Positions 49,412-61,801 of a stretch of DNA of 64,000 nucleotides are shown in pieces. The stretch is from Eledone cirrhosa (lineage: Eukaryota). Within the stretch, counting starts at the first letter, position 1. The number at the start of each line of letters is the position of its first letter. Location: assembly GCA_964016885.1 (NCBI GenBank), contig OZ024742.1:16740001-16804000 (forward strand), written 5' to 3'. A program made the position numbers and the translations under genes. The notes under the pieces were generated by a model, which was not told the origin of the DNA, ran no database searches, and saw only the letters and a program-made list of their open reading frames with translations.

Positions 49412-51920
49412 TTCTTCTGGTTTTATAGTTTCACAAAGTTTTTCCAATAGAGAGAGTGTCAGTTTCTAAAATAGACACAAGACTCTCTCATTGGAATTTA
49501 CACAACATCAACTAGGTAGATATGTATGTATGCATGCATGTGTAGATATGGTGGTATTGTATGTGTGGATGTGGATGTTTTGAGTTGTATGTGTGCATGT
49601 GTATATGCTTTGCATGTGTACATGTGTATATGCAATTATTAGCTGCAACATTTTTGGAATGTTTTACATATTTTTACTGTTCCATTAATGGATTGTACTT
49701 GTAATTTCCTAACTAGTTGTGTTCTTTCTGTTTCTCTGAAGCCTAGCTTCTCAAGATTTGTATTGAGGTAGTTACTAACATATCCCAGTGCCCCAATAAT
49801 CACAGGCATAAATCTGAAGGTGTAATCAGGGTGGAGTATCTGCAGATTTCTCATCAGTTCTGCATAAATATACTCCTTTTCGCTAATCTTTGATATTATA
49901 TTGGCATCTGCTGGGCTGCTAACTTCCACTACTGTGCATGCTTTCTTCTCCCTGTCCCATAACATAATATCTGGTCTGTTATGCCTGCATTTTATTGGGG
50001 TTTTACTGTAACATTCCACCAGTACTCTTTTATATTATGTACATGGATGTCTTCCACATTGCTGTAGCTTTTAATGTGTTTATTATCGGGGCTATTTTTT
50101 TACGAACTGCATTGTAGAGTGTTTTGGCCACTACATCATGCTTCATAGGTAGATAGTACCGCGATGACATCTTTGGACAGCTGCTAATGACATGGGTGAT
50201 ATCCTAGATGTTAGTTCCGCAGAGTCTGCACTTGTTATCACATCTAGGTGTTTTGCCTGCATCTCTATCTCTTTTGTGAATCAGGTATTTCGTGTTAATC
50301 TCCTGTTCCTGGATTGCAAAAGCGTATCCTTCAAAGTGGGAGCCAATATAACGGTTATTGGTTCAAGATAGACTACTTTCCTTATCTATATTACTCTCAC
50401 TCTGGAGCTTCCTGGCAACATATCCATGCATGATTTTTTGCTGATTAGTATGCAGTTTTTCATCCATGGATTCACCGCGATACTGCTGAGCGACTTCCCT
50501 GGGTGTGAGTTTTTGATTATCACACAGGGAATATCTCTCGAGGAGTTCCTTCCCAACTCTCATGATCTTATCTGTTTCATGCAGATAGACATGCTCGAGG
50601 TTCGTAGATGTTGTCGGAGAGATATGATGCGACATTCAAATGTTGTCTGGACTGATGTTAGGCCTCTGCCTCCCTGCTTACGTTTCAAGTAAAGGCGGCC
50701 TATGTCACTGTTGATGTGGAAGTTTCCGGTGTTGTTTAGTATTTTTCGAGTTCCAACATCAACTGCTCGGATTTCGTCTATCGTCCAATTGAGTATTCCA
50801 AACGTTGGTGTTAGGACAGGCACAGCAAACACATTGTGAGCCACTGTTTTGTTTTGCGCAGAGAATTCCGATGACCAGATCTTTCTTAATCGGGTGTAGT
50901 ATTCCCTGGTTACGCGTTCTTTATTACAGATACCATTATAGGATATGTTCTTATCTATCCCCATGTATCTGTAGCAGTCCTCATCAGATATCAGTGAAAC
51001 AGTTAGGCCATTGATGACAATGTAGCGAGATTGGGTTGTTGTTTTTCCCCGCTTTACAGTCATGTATGAGCATTTATCTTGGCAAAACTCCATTCCTATA
51101 TCCTTTGAGAACGTTGTAACCAGGTCAAGATTTTTCTTCATCCCATCCATGTTCTTGGCATAGAGTTTCAGATCGTCCACAAAGAAATTATGGGTTAGGT
51201 TCGTATTTCTGTCCTCCTGTGAGCCAATGATGTATCATTCACATTTCTTGAGCAGAAAGGACAATGGGTTTAATGACAAGATGAATAATATCACAGAGAG
51301 GCTGCCCCCCTGAAATATACCTCTGCAATATTTTATTTTATCAGTGTAAATAGAGTCCTCCCTCTCTGTCTTTAACCTTAGAATAATAGCACAAGAAGAA
51401 GACAGCCTCTCTATGGCTCTGACAATAATGTCTGGGACTTTAGCAAGTTGGAGGGCCTCTATCACCCAAGAGTGGGGAACAGAATCGAAAGCTTTCCTGT
51501 AGTCCAGCCAGATGGTAGCCATATTCCTCCTAAGTTGTCGCACCTCCGACATCGCAGTTTTATTGATTAGGTGTTGTTCAGCACATCCCCAAATCCCTTT
51601 CTTTCCAGTTGCTTGTTCATCTGTGATGATGTTATTATTTTCACAGTGATCTTGGAAGAATAGGTTCAGGCAGGCTGTATACATCTTATACATCATGTTC
51701 TGGTCGGAAGTTTTTTGCCAAGTGGGTGTCTTTGTTCTTGGGGACCCGTAATGTTTGTGCTAATGTCAACCATTCTGGTATAAGTGTGTCTCCCTTAAGA
51801 ACTTGTTGTTAGAGGTCAATAACATACTTTCGATAGAATATCAGTATTTTGTACCAGTAGCCGACAATCATGTCTCTTCCTGGTGTTTTCTTATCTTGGG
51901 GTTTTCCTATCACAGTCTCA
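49412..51920 (-). mobile_element. Dong/R4-clade RLE LINE, 5' truncated, with frameshifts and stops
   Basis: WLDYRKAFDSVPH, GIFQGGSLS, FVDDLKLYA, RLYLKRKQGGRGL, a CRLC..H...C knuckle (~50170-50235) and HNRPDIMLWD..VVEVSSP (RLE). (ATGT)n lies at both ends. Confidence 0.9.
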
Positions 51921-51990
51921 ATGTATGTATGTATGTATGTATGTATGTATGTATGTATGTATGTATGTATGTATGTATGTATGTATATCT

Positions 51991-52610
51991 GGGAGAGATG
52001 ACCCCTTAGCCTTTGTCAAGGAAGAATTCTAGGAGAAGGAAAACTCTGATATAACACCTGCAACCCTGATGGTATCCAATGATGTTGCCTTGTTCTACTT
52101 TTTGGTAAATATCATCTTGGTTAAGAGAGTGGGACTGGCTTTGTGCAGTGCCTTTGCTCACTATAAAAGCTTCACGGCACAGGCATTGCTTTATATCTGG
52201 AGATCTCTCTGCACTTGTCGTCACATGGTGCCATGGGACCAGCACTATGTGTCTATAATTGTCACAGGTGTAGTGTTTGTACCAGAGTTTTCAAGTCGCT
52301 GGCTGGACTAAGAAGTCACACTCGTTCAGCGCATCAGTAGGGGTTCTCCTACATGGATGCGAAGTAGTGGCCGTACTCGAAAACGAGTTGGCAGCCACCA
52401 TGTATGTATGTATGTAGGTTAGGTCCTCTTGCGTCCTACTGGTAACATGTAACCCAGTACAACCTGTCGCATGGTCGGGTCATCGGCTACTAAACCGGTA
52501 ACCCCGCCAAGTTTACTTGGTGAGAAGTGTGATTTTGGACATCCTGCAGGACAAAAAACAAAACCTGACAAAGGGCGGAAGAACTCATAAGAGTCAATGG
52601 CCATCCAAAA
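51991..52610 (+). mobile_element. Copy 3 of the RTE-related short element (51991-52400), followed by an isolated 5' module (52435-52610)
   Basis: Sequence identity with 48021-48426 and with 48805-48980. Confidence 0.7.
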
Positions 52611-52654
52611 GTATGTAAATATATATATACACATGTACATATGTATGTATATGC

Positions 52655-53000
52655 GCGGGGACATAGGAATAGTCGGGCTGGACACCCGATCGCGCAGTTA
52701 AACCACTGGGAGTGAAGGCTTCCTAGCCTTGGTCAGGGCATTCTTCTAGGAGAAGGCAATTCAGCAAACTGGGATAACTCCGATATAAATCCTGCGGCTC
52801 AGTAGATATCGATGATGTTGATCTTTTCTTCTTTTCGGGTTATAGCTACTGTCGCTCAGAGAGTGGGATTGGCTCAGTGCACAGTCTTTCCTGACTTAAA
52901 AAAATGCTCAGGCATTGCATGATAGCATTAATTGATAATTATTAATAATGTTATATCGTGCAATGGCCATACTCGATAACCAGGAGGCAGCCATCATCAT
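52655..53000 (+). mobile_element. Diverged sister family of the RTE-related short element
   Basis: cctagccttggtcagggca..ctaggagaaggcaa, gatgatgttga, gagagtgggattggct..gtgca, and the same 3' hairpin atggccatactcgataac..ggcagccat. Confidence 0.6.
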
Positions 53001-53002
53001 GG

Positions 53003-53297
53003 CGTTCATTGGAGGGATCACATCAGTGATGTCGAGATTTTGGAAAGCTCTCTGTGTGAAAACATAGAAGCTCTTGTGCTTAAGCAAAGACTCCAATGGT
53101 GTGGTCACCTTGCCAGGGTGAAGGATACTAGGATACCAAAACAACTCTTTTATGGAGAGTTAGTTAAAGGAAAACGACCTCCACATAAACCAAAAAGAAG
53201 TATAAGGATTCGTTCACAGCCTCCTTGAAATACGCTAACACCTCTGCTGATACATGGGAAAGTGTAACTGCTGACTGTAATTTTTGGAGAAAGACTA
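53003..53297 (+). mobile_element. RTE LINE fragment of the same family as 3040-3330
   Basis: IEALVLKQRLQWCGHLARVKDTRIPKQLFYGELVKGKRPPHKPK is nearly identical to ORF 3041-3277. Confidence 0.88.
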
Positions 53298-53944
53298 TAT
53301 GTTTTTTTTATTTTTTAACACAATATTTTACTTTCTTCTCCTTGTCCCTTCTCGTTCCTTTTTCTTTTTTCTTTCTTTTCTGTTCTTTTCTTTCGATCTC
53401 ACCAGACTGACGTTGCTATAAAAATCTCAATGCATTCTCCCAGTCGTCACATAAAATTCTATGTGTACATGCCATAACTCAATTGCTATACCTTATTGTT
53501 TTGACTTGTCTTTAACACCTCGGACAGTGTTTTGACTTGTGTCAGACACTGTGACTCCGGGTGAAAATGCAGTACCGATGGTAGGGTCAAAACTGCCTAA
53601 GTCCATCTCTGTGTCTTTCGTTTGTATTTTTATTTTCAAAACAATTTTTTTAAAGACTTCCCTGGTCCTTTTGGAAGCCTCTACAATGCAGATGGATAAA
53701 TCTCCGGGTAACAAAAAAAGGTGGCATTAAGGAGAAATGGCATGAAAATGGAAGAGAATTATTTCTGTCCATAGAAGCGCAGTGACACCCATCATTTGCC
53801 AGCTGTAACAGAAATTGGAATACATAGACTATATACACACACTATATCAAAGACATATGAGAGGTGTTGAAATTCGGTTGAATCCTCAATGAACCGATTA
53901 TCCACGCGTGTATATATATATATGTATATATATACATAAACTAT

Positions 53945-53985
<41 letters not shown>

Positions 53986-54628
53986 CATATTAGAATTGGC
54001 GCTCTGAAATAGCTATATATATATGAATGTATATACAGTGTATTTTGCAATACACTGTATGCTTAATTAAAAGCATTTTGAAGACCTTATGCTATTGTTT
54101 TAGAGTAGTGACTGACTCACTTACTTTAAATTTTCAGCAAACAGGGGAGATAAAGCTGACAGAGCTATGTATATATATATATCTGTGTGTGTGTCTATAT
54201 ATATACATCATGCGCTTCTACTGGATATCGAAAACCATGAAATGGAGTCATTTAGAAACATTTTTAGTCAAGCAAATAATCGTATAACTTTTGTATAACT
54301 CATGAACGACGGGTATATAGATATATAGATATATAGATATATAATTAGCTACGATTGTTGTCTTGAGAAAGTGAAATATGACAACCACCATAATTTCATA
54401 TATTTCCAAATGTTTCGCATTTTGTCAATCCATCATCACTGTCGTTATTTTGTTTTCTTTCCTGACATTTACATGTCATATGCTTGTTTCATAATGTAAC
54501 AATCCAGCTGCAATATATTGCCGACAGAACATCGCCACAAATGATATGATACATTTCATAAAAGATAGTATTTAGTGCAGTGGCTACAGATCTTAAATGC
54601 AAACGATGATTATGTGACATTATTGCTT

Positions 54629-54813
54629 GGATTGGCAATATCGGTAGTGGGTTGGACGCCATGCTTTGCAGCACAGAATTACGTTCCCTTACGGATTAAG
54701 TTCAAATCCCGCCGAGGTTAACTTTGCCTTTCATCCGTACGGGGTCGATAAAATAAAGTACCAGTAATGTACGATGTAATTGCTCGCCTTGTGCCAAAAG
54801 TAGAAACAATTAT
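54629..54813 (+). mobile_element. tRNA-derived SINE
   Basis: agttcaaatcccgccgaggttaactttgcctttcatccgtacggggtcgataaaataaagtaccag...gtagaaacaattatt. Confidence 0.85.
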
Positions 54814-54989
54814 TGTTAAACCAAGCTGAACATCCGAAGTCACTGCTAGTTCTCTACACAGAATATAACATTTATACGTTACTTACACGTACTGGAATGT
54901 TTTTGTGTACAGCAGTATTTTAAAAGCCCATTCTAATATATACACTTACACACGCACACATCCATATACCCAATATATATATATAATAA

Positions 54990-55166
54990 ATGTAATCTGA
55001 GTTTTTTGAAAATTGATAACAACATTCGATTCGTTTGCAATTATGCAGACAAGCCTCAATTGTATAGCCATGTCAGTAGAATGAACCCTTCATTCTTGCT
55101 CCTGTGCTGGCATAATTGCAAATGGATCGAATGTTATTATTAATATTAGAAAAACTCAGATTACAT
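54990..55166. repeat. Imperfect inverted repeat with ~58-bp arms
   Basis: atgtaatctgagttttt...cattcgattcgtttgcaattatgc pairs with gcataattgcaaatggatcgaatg...aaaaactcagattacat. Confidence 0.8.
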
Positions 55167-55941
55167 GTATTGTATTCAGCCATGTAGAGCGAAAATGTTC
55201 TTATATATATATGTGCTGAGGATCGAATTCCAACCGTGACCATCTCCACTGAAAGTTTTCGTGAAATAGTCTTTTCAAGACTATACAGAGCATTTGTAGT
55301 TGTTCCAAATTGAAGGATGAGTATTTTAGACTTTATTTTATCATGAGTTAAGGCTCTATTGATTTTTCCCTGGATTTCACTAAATTCTGTTGGATTAATC
55401 TATATCCTGATTCCTTTTGAATTGAGTTTGAATTATTTTTTCTCACATCTTACGTTAACTATTTTCCCATTTTGACGCTATAGTCACTTATATATTATGG
55501 AATACTGTTGGCTTCTTGCTACAATAATTTCTATACTTTTCATTTATATATATATATATATGGGCGATTTTAGGCATAATATTTGTGTGTTGGTATTTTA
55601 ACGATAGTTATAGCTCTGATTTATCTGAATTATTGAGCCCTCTGCCACTCATGTCGGATTTGTTTATCGTAAACTCGTGAGCTGATTTTCCGATACTCGA
55701 TTATTCTACTATATTTAGCTCTAGACTTAGCTATTGACCAGTTAATTTTATTGTTCATTTTTTGTCGATTCTATTAAATGATGAATAGCTCCTGTTTATT
55801 TTAACATGTCTACCGAGCACTCTTATTCGATATGTGGTTTCCCACATTACTGAAAATTTTTCGCGGATATAGAGGTTATCTCCCTTGCTGGACTCCATGT
55901 GCGTCTCAGCTAAGGTTGGCTTCTTTATTCGTTTGGACATG

Positions 55942-56076
55942 ACCCGTTGATAAAGTGTTCCGGTCCATCCGCTCTCTAGAAGTCTTATGCATTTTTATGT
56001 GGGCTGATAGAGGGCGGATTAAGGAATTGCAGAAACCCAAGAAGCTAGATTTACCATCTTTCTAGTGGGTCCGGGT
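55942..56076 (+). ncRNA. Type I hammerhead, U3-A8 variant with extended stems II and III (unit 1)
   Basis: ACCCG-UUGAUAA-aGUGUUCC..AUCCGCUCUCUA..UAGAGGGCGGAU..GGAAUUGCa-GAAA-CCCA..CUAGA..UCUAG UGGG-UC^(56071)-CGGGU. Confidence 0.75.
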
Positions 56077-56544
56077 AAGTTTTTTACATTCATATGAATT
56101 ATTGATTTATTGATATTTTATCTGAGTGACCCGAATCTTCCTGGTCGTTATTTTTCGGCCGCATGGGTGATTTTAGGCATAATCTTTGTGTGTTGGTATT
56201 TTAACGATAGTTATAGCTCTGATTTATCTGAATTATTGAGCCCTCTGCCACTCATGTCGGATTTGTTTATCGTAAACTCGTGAGCTGATTTTCCGATACT
56301 CGATTATTCTACTATATTTAGCTCTAGACTTAGCTATTGACCAGTTAATTTTATTGTTCATTTTTTGTCGATTCTATTAAATGATGAATAGCTCCTGTTT
56401 ATTTTAACATGTCTATCGAGCACTCTTATTCGATATGTGGTTTCCCACATTACTGAAAATTTTTCGCGGATATAGAGGTTATCTCCCTTGCTGGACTCCA
56501 TGTGCGTCTCAGCTAAGGTTGGCTTCTTTATTCGTTTGGACATG

Positions 56545-56680
56545 ACCCGTTGATAAAATGTTCCGGTCCATCTGCTCTCTAGAAGTCTTATGTATTTTTA
56601 TGTGGGCTGATAAGGGGGCGGATTAAGGAATTGCAGAAACCCAAGAAGCTAGATTTACCATCTTTCTAGTGGGTCCGGGT
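56545..56680 (+). ncRNA. Type I hammerhead, U3-A8 variant (unit 2)
   Basis: Same fold as unit 1 with a few stem II substitutions. Predicted cleavage is after C56675. Confidence 0.7.
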
Positions 56681-56986
56681 AAGTTTTTTACATTCATATG
56701 AATTATTGATTTATTGATATTTTATCTGAGTGACCCGAATCTTCCTGGTCGTTATTTTTCGGCCGCATGGGTGATTTTAGGCATAATCTTTGTGTGTTGG
56801 TATTTTAACGATAGTTATAGCTCTGATTTATCTGAATTATTGAGCCCTCTGCCACTCATGTCGGATTTGTTTATCGTAAACTCGTGAGCTGATTTTCCGA
56901 TACTCGATTATTCTACTATATATATATATATAGAATAAGGAAAAGCGAAGTAGTTTCAGATGTTCAAGTCCTGTAATAATAATGCT

Positions 56987-57091
<105 letters not shown>

Positions 57092-57573
57092 ATACTTGGG
57101 GAGGGTCATATTGTTGTAATTATAATAATGCCAGAAATAACAGAACAGACTCATTGTTTGGTTGGTTTTCGCTTCTGTATCTTTTATATCTCCACAGTTA
57201 ATTTATTTGGCAATCAATGTTTATCATTGATTGACCAGGAGTTAAAAATACAGATATAAATATATATATATAGTCTATCAATTTTCTTTCGTTGCACATC
57301 TGCAACATCACCAGTGGTACTATTATGTTTACTCCTGTTGTACTGTATGTCTACGCCATTTTTATTTTTATTAATTTATTTATTTCTTCTTGTCTCTGTC
57401 TGCGCATGCGTTTGAGCGTGTGTATAATGTTTGGTGAGTATGTTCGCGTTTGAGTTTATGTGTTTTTGTTTTCGTATTCTATCTTTGTTCACTAGTGTGT
57501 GTTTATATGTGTTTGTTGTTATTGTACTTGTGTATTTATTTATTTATATTTCCCTTAAGTTTAATATAGAAAT

Positions 57574-57625
57574 GGCTTCTATGGGACGAGACCTGTTTCA
57601 TTCAAAATAAATCATCAGGAAAGCC
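57574..57625 (-). ncRNA. Degenerate type I hammerhead
   Basis: GGCUUUC-CUGAUGA-UUUAUUUUGAAU-GAAA-CAGG..CCCA-UA^-GAAGCC. The core is intact but stems II and III are weak. Confidence 0.45.
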
Positions 57626-59261
57626 GGTTGTCCTTGTAAAACAGTTTTAGTTATATGTTTTCTGGTGGTTGGGAAAGGCGGAGGTCATTGGCCAAGGGAT
57701 TTTAAAGAACAGAGATTCTTTGCACAAAATATCTTTAGATATATAAGCAATAGTACAAGGACACAGATAAATGTAAAGGTTCACATTCACACTTACACAT
57801 ACACACGCACATACAAACGAACGCCCACACCCATGTGTACGTGAGTGGGAATGTGAACTTTTACCAACCCTTCTTTTTAGTTATAGTTGATCTCAGCTTA
57901 TGTCATTCATTGTTTAAAGATGATATGTTGTGTTTTGAGAGGAAATTGTCTGCTATTTCTAACACGTCCAGTGAATACCCAGCAACCTTCATTAGCCGAA
58001 TAACAAAGACGCTCTCTTATTGCTCATATTTAGCATTGCAAAGGGTCCGATATTTGCGATAAGGATCGAATAACATGACATGATGCTATCATTTTCTTGT
58101 ATTATGACATGACATTAACTGTTTTCACGTAACTATGTAAATATTTTAAAAATATATATCTCTTATTTTATTTTGTTATCTGTTATACATAAACATATTT
58201 TGTCAAATATATTTTGCAGACAGAAGTTATACAATGATGGAAGTATTGAATAAAAGATTAAAACATAATTAGATATTTAAAAAAAAGAAGGAAGAGGTAA
58301 AGAAGGGCAAATATGGCTGTATGGGGAAAGTAAAGGAAAGGACTATACATGCAATAAAGGAGAAGAAAAGGGCGAAAGATCAAGGGCTATTAGACATTGG
58401 AAGAAAGAGGAAGTAGAGGAGAGCGTGGCAGACTCTACGCCGAGGTCAGAGCGATATTTATCTGTCATTTAACAAATCAACCTACTACGCTCTATTATTT
58501 TGTTTTTCAAATAAAATATTTGATCACGCTTGCATTGCTACAACTGTAAGTTCTTTGACATCTCATGTATGCACATATTCAGAGAACAGCATTGTTTCAT
58601 AATCTAACTGATAAAACTCTGCTTACCCTAACACCCAGTCGTAAGGTAGCATATATGTAGAATAAGCAGAGAAACAGTCATATGAGGTAAGCTTCAATTT
58701 ATTGAACATAAAAGAATGAAAAGAAACAACGTTGTTGATATTTCCTATATAAACATGTCTGTTGTGAACGAGAAAAGGCATGAATATCATAACATCTATT
58801 TTATTGTGCTTATGTGCAATTTATACAAATACGTATACAGACAAACACGCAATAGGCATGCAATACACACACATCCGTACATCAAACCGTCCATTAATTA
58901 ATAGAGACGACATACAGTGAGCAATTAAGAAGTATATATATTCCACATAATATAAAAGAAAGCCATGATATAGTTTTAGGCTTCCTGAGAGATGTTACGG
59001 TTAACTGCTAGAAATAGCGCCCACAAATCTAATCCCTCATGCTTAAAAGAACACTTTGAATAATGTTATCCTGGAAGAAGGTAAAAGAAAAGCTCGTCTA
59101 TACCTTACATATTTTATTATAGGTATGCTCGTAGTCGCCTCTGTGGCCTAGAGGTAGGTATTAGAGACGGTGGATATCCTCTCCTGGGATTCAATATTAA
59201 GGGCGGTAAATGGGGAGAATGTCGGAGAAATTGCTTTGCAGCAGCATTATTTCGGCTCTTT

Positions 59262-59453
59262 AGGCGGTGGATTGGCAGTATTGGTAGAAGGTCAGACTCC
59301 ATGCTTTGCAGCATAGAGTTACCTCCATTTATCGTCTGAGTTCAAATCCCGCCGTGGTTAACTTTTTCTTTCATCCTTACGGGGTCGATAAAATAAAGTC
59401 CCAGTAATACACTGGATAATTGCTGGCCTTGTGCCAAAAGTAGAAACAATTAT
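59262..59453 (+). mobile_element. tRNA-derived SINE, followed by a partial related SINE at ~59455-59605
   Basis: aggcggtggattggcag...ctgagttcaaatcccgccg...ggggtcgataaaataaag...gtagaaacaattatt. A second B-box lies at ~59470. Confidence 0.85.
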
Positions 59454-60211
59454 TTCGACTCTTTACAGCCTGAGTTCAAATCCAGCCATTGCTTTTCATC
59501 CTTTCGGGATTGATAAAATAAAGTACCCGTCACGTACTGTGGCCAATGAAATGACCTTTACACTCCCTGCAAATTTCTGGCATTGTGCCTAAGTTAGTGA
59601 TCATTGTAGGTATGCTCAATCAGGTGGGAAGTCGAACTACTCGGCCATAAAAACTTCAATTTTCTCATTCAATACTTATCGTACAACTGGAAATCTGTTG
59701 GTTGGGCATATTCCAAATATATATATATGCCATATATTCACATTAATGTGCAATTCCATGAGTATAATCTTTTTAATATCATTTCGACTTAACATGTTGA
59801 ATGCAAATACATTTAGTAGTTCTATTAAGTGAAAGATTGATTCCATAGCAAACTTCTCATTAATAGAGAATATATTTTTCTTTACGAACCAAATTCTAAT
59901 ATTCCCATTATAATGCCTAAGTAAATGATAAATGTAAAATATTATCGAAGAAAAACACATAATCATGTCAAGGTTATATAGGAAATATATAAATATATTT
60001 CTTTTACCATTTCTCCAGCATTATATAAATGATAACATTAAAATATTATTTTCTCATCGAATTTCTACAGCTGCGAGAAGGCGTAGATGTGAGGTTTAGA
60101 AGATACTTATTTAACTATCAATATATTTATAAAAACAAAATTAGAATTTCCTTTTTGCGCTAACATATCGGATAAGTAAATGCAATCATGAGTTTCATAT
60201 CGAATGATAAA

Positions 60212-60350
60212 AAATATTCGATTCGTTTGCAAGCAAACAGCCTCATTTCTCTATTGTTTTTAGATTACCATCGCCATCCTTTTGGGATGGTGATGGTCAT
60301 AAACATTCATATCATAATGAGGCTATTTGCTTGCAAACGAACCGAATATT
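60212..60350. repeat. Nested hairpin (35-bp outer arms, 13-bp inner stem)
   Basis: Outer arms aatattcgattcgtttgcaagcaaacagcctcatt / aatgaggctatttgcttgcaaacgaaccgaatatt; inner stem accatcgccatcc / ggatggtgatggt. Confidence 0.8.
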
Positions 60351-60681
60351 ATTATTCGCTATAAAACTCCCGAATGCCTTATATTTATTGTTATTATTTA
60401 TTATTATTCATTCAACATTCATGTCACTATTTCTCCTTCTATCTCTTGCTTGTTGGATTCCCCCGTAAGATCTGTCTAACGATTCTATCCTAAAACATTC
60501 TAATCACATGTTCCTAGTTATACAGAACTACATTTACATAAGTTGTACAGACAACTACTGTTTTACGTCCTCAGCCACCAGCTGGTATACAATATCATAT
60601 CGTGTTCTATTCCACTACTTTCTCACTCCAAGGTTACTTTACCCGATTCTTTCAACTATTATTTATAGTGAACGACTAATA

Positions 60682-61198
60682 CTATAGTCATTTACATTTG
60701 GACGACTACGTTACCTTATCTCTCTCTCTCTCTGTTGCTCTCACCTTCTTTCGCCCCCTCTGTCAGTTACACTTTCTCTCGACTGACCTCTTCCTCGCAC
60801 TTCCACTCACCCACTCTCTGTTTCTCCCCTTCTCACTTCCTCCCGTTTGGCTAGTAGTGGGTTCTTTTCTTGCTCACATCTCACTCACGTCGGACGGTCT
60901 GTATCGCGTTCGCTCATGAAATCCACCCAGCTTATGCTGACCGGAAAACCATGTTGCTTGTTTATTCCTATCTTTGCGTTGCTTTCATCCTTCTATGTTG
61001 TATACTTGTCTCACTCGCTTTACGCGATTTACTTGTCCCAATAGCTTTATTTAGCTATTGCTCGCACCAACCTGAGGTATATGATATTTAATGCGATGTA
61101 ATATCAATGATGGTTGGAATATCACTGACGAAGGACTATTTTTATCATATGTAACCCATGTGCAACCACGCAGTATTCTTCTTTCTTCTCATGTTTTT

Positions 61199-61266
<68 letters not shown>

Positions 61267-61303
61267 TAAGGTAACGTAGTCGTCCAAATGTAAATGACTA
61301 TAG
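60682..61303. repeat. ~50-bp perfect inverted repeats around ~520 bp
   Basis: ctatagtcatttacatttggacgactacgttaccttatctctctc (from 60682) is matched by gagagagataaggtaacgtagtcgtccaaatgtaaatgactatag (to 61303). Confidence 0.85.
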
Positions 61304-61519
61304 CATTTATATTTTATATATATATAAAACAGCGAATATGAATAAATGAAGTTAATTTTAACCTGTTGACTTACAATTCTTGTTTATACACACACATACG
61401 CACACACAGACACACACGTGTGTGTGTATGTGTGTGTGTGTGTGCCTGTGTTTATTCATATTCAGACATATATATATATATATTATTATTATTATTATTA
61501 GAATAGATTAAAAGTTATT

Positions 61520-61625
61520 ATTAGAATAGATTAAAAGTTCAAGCAATGAAATTCTGCTTTCACCTTAAGCGGACCATTAGGGTGAAAGCAGAAATTCATT
61601 GCTTAATCTTTTAATCTGTACTAAT
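61520..61625. repeat. Palindrome of a hammerhead 3' half, related to 43556-43661 and 46924-46970
   Basis: aagcaatgaaattctgctttcaccttaa-gcggacca-ttagggtgaaagcagaaattcattgctt. Confidence 0.8.
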
Positions 61626-61801
61626 AATTGTTTCTACTCTTGGCACAAGGCCAGCAATTATCCAGTGCATTACTGGTACTTTTTTATCGACCCCGTAAGG
61701 ATAAAAGGCAAAGTTAACCTCGGCGGGATTTGAACTCAGTCCGTAAAGGGACGTAACTATGCTACAAACCATGGCGTCTGACCCTCTACCGATACTGCCA
61801 G
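61623..61801 (-). mobile_element. tRNA-derived SINE with target-site duplication
   Basis: Same family as 36004-36191. gtactaataat is duplicated at 61618-61628 and 61802-61812. Confidence 0.85.

Larger units (their letters stand above)
55561..56920 (+). mobile_element. 603/604-bp tandem repeat, 2.25 copies, (TA)n-flanked, one hammerhead per unit (retrozyme-like or tandem pLTR)
   Basis: Units start at 55561, 56164 and 56768 and are nearly identical (ORF pair 55755/56358 is offset by 603). Confidence 0.85.

Noticed and set aside
48095-52311. Triplicated ~80-aa ORF MVSNDV as a gene family
   Set aside because: It lies inside a repeated short retroelement, has no known motif, and is not kept in the diverged sister copy.
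54405-54445. Minus-strand GUGAUGA..GAAAC motif
   Set aside because: C3 is missing without a compensating change, and stem I does not pair.
55755-56543. Duplicated 61-aa ORF MSKRIKKPT
   Set aside because: It has no recognisable domain, lies antisense to the ribozyme, and is duplicated only because the unit is.
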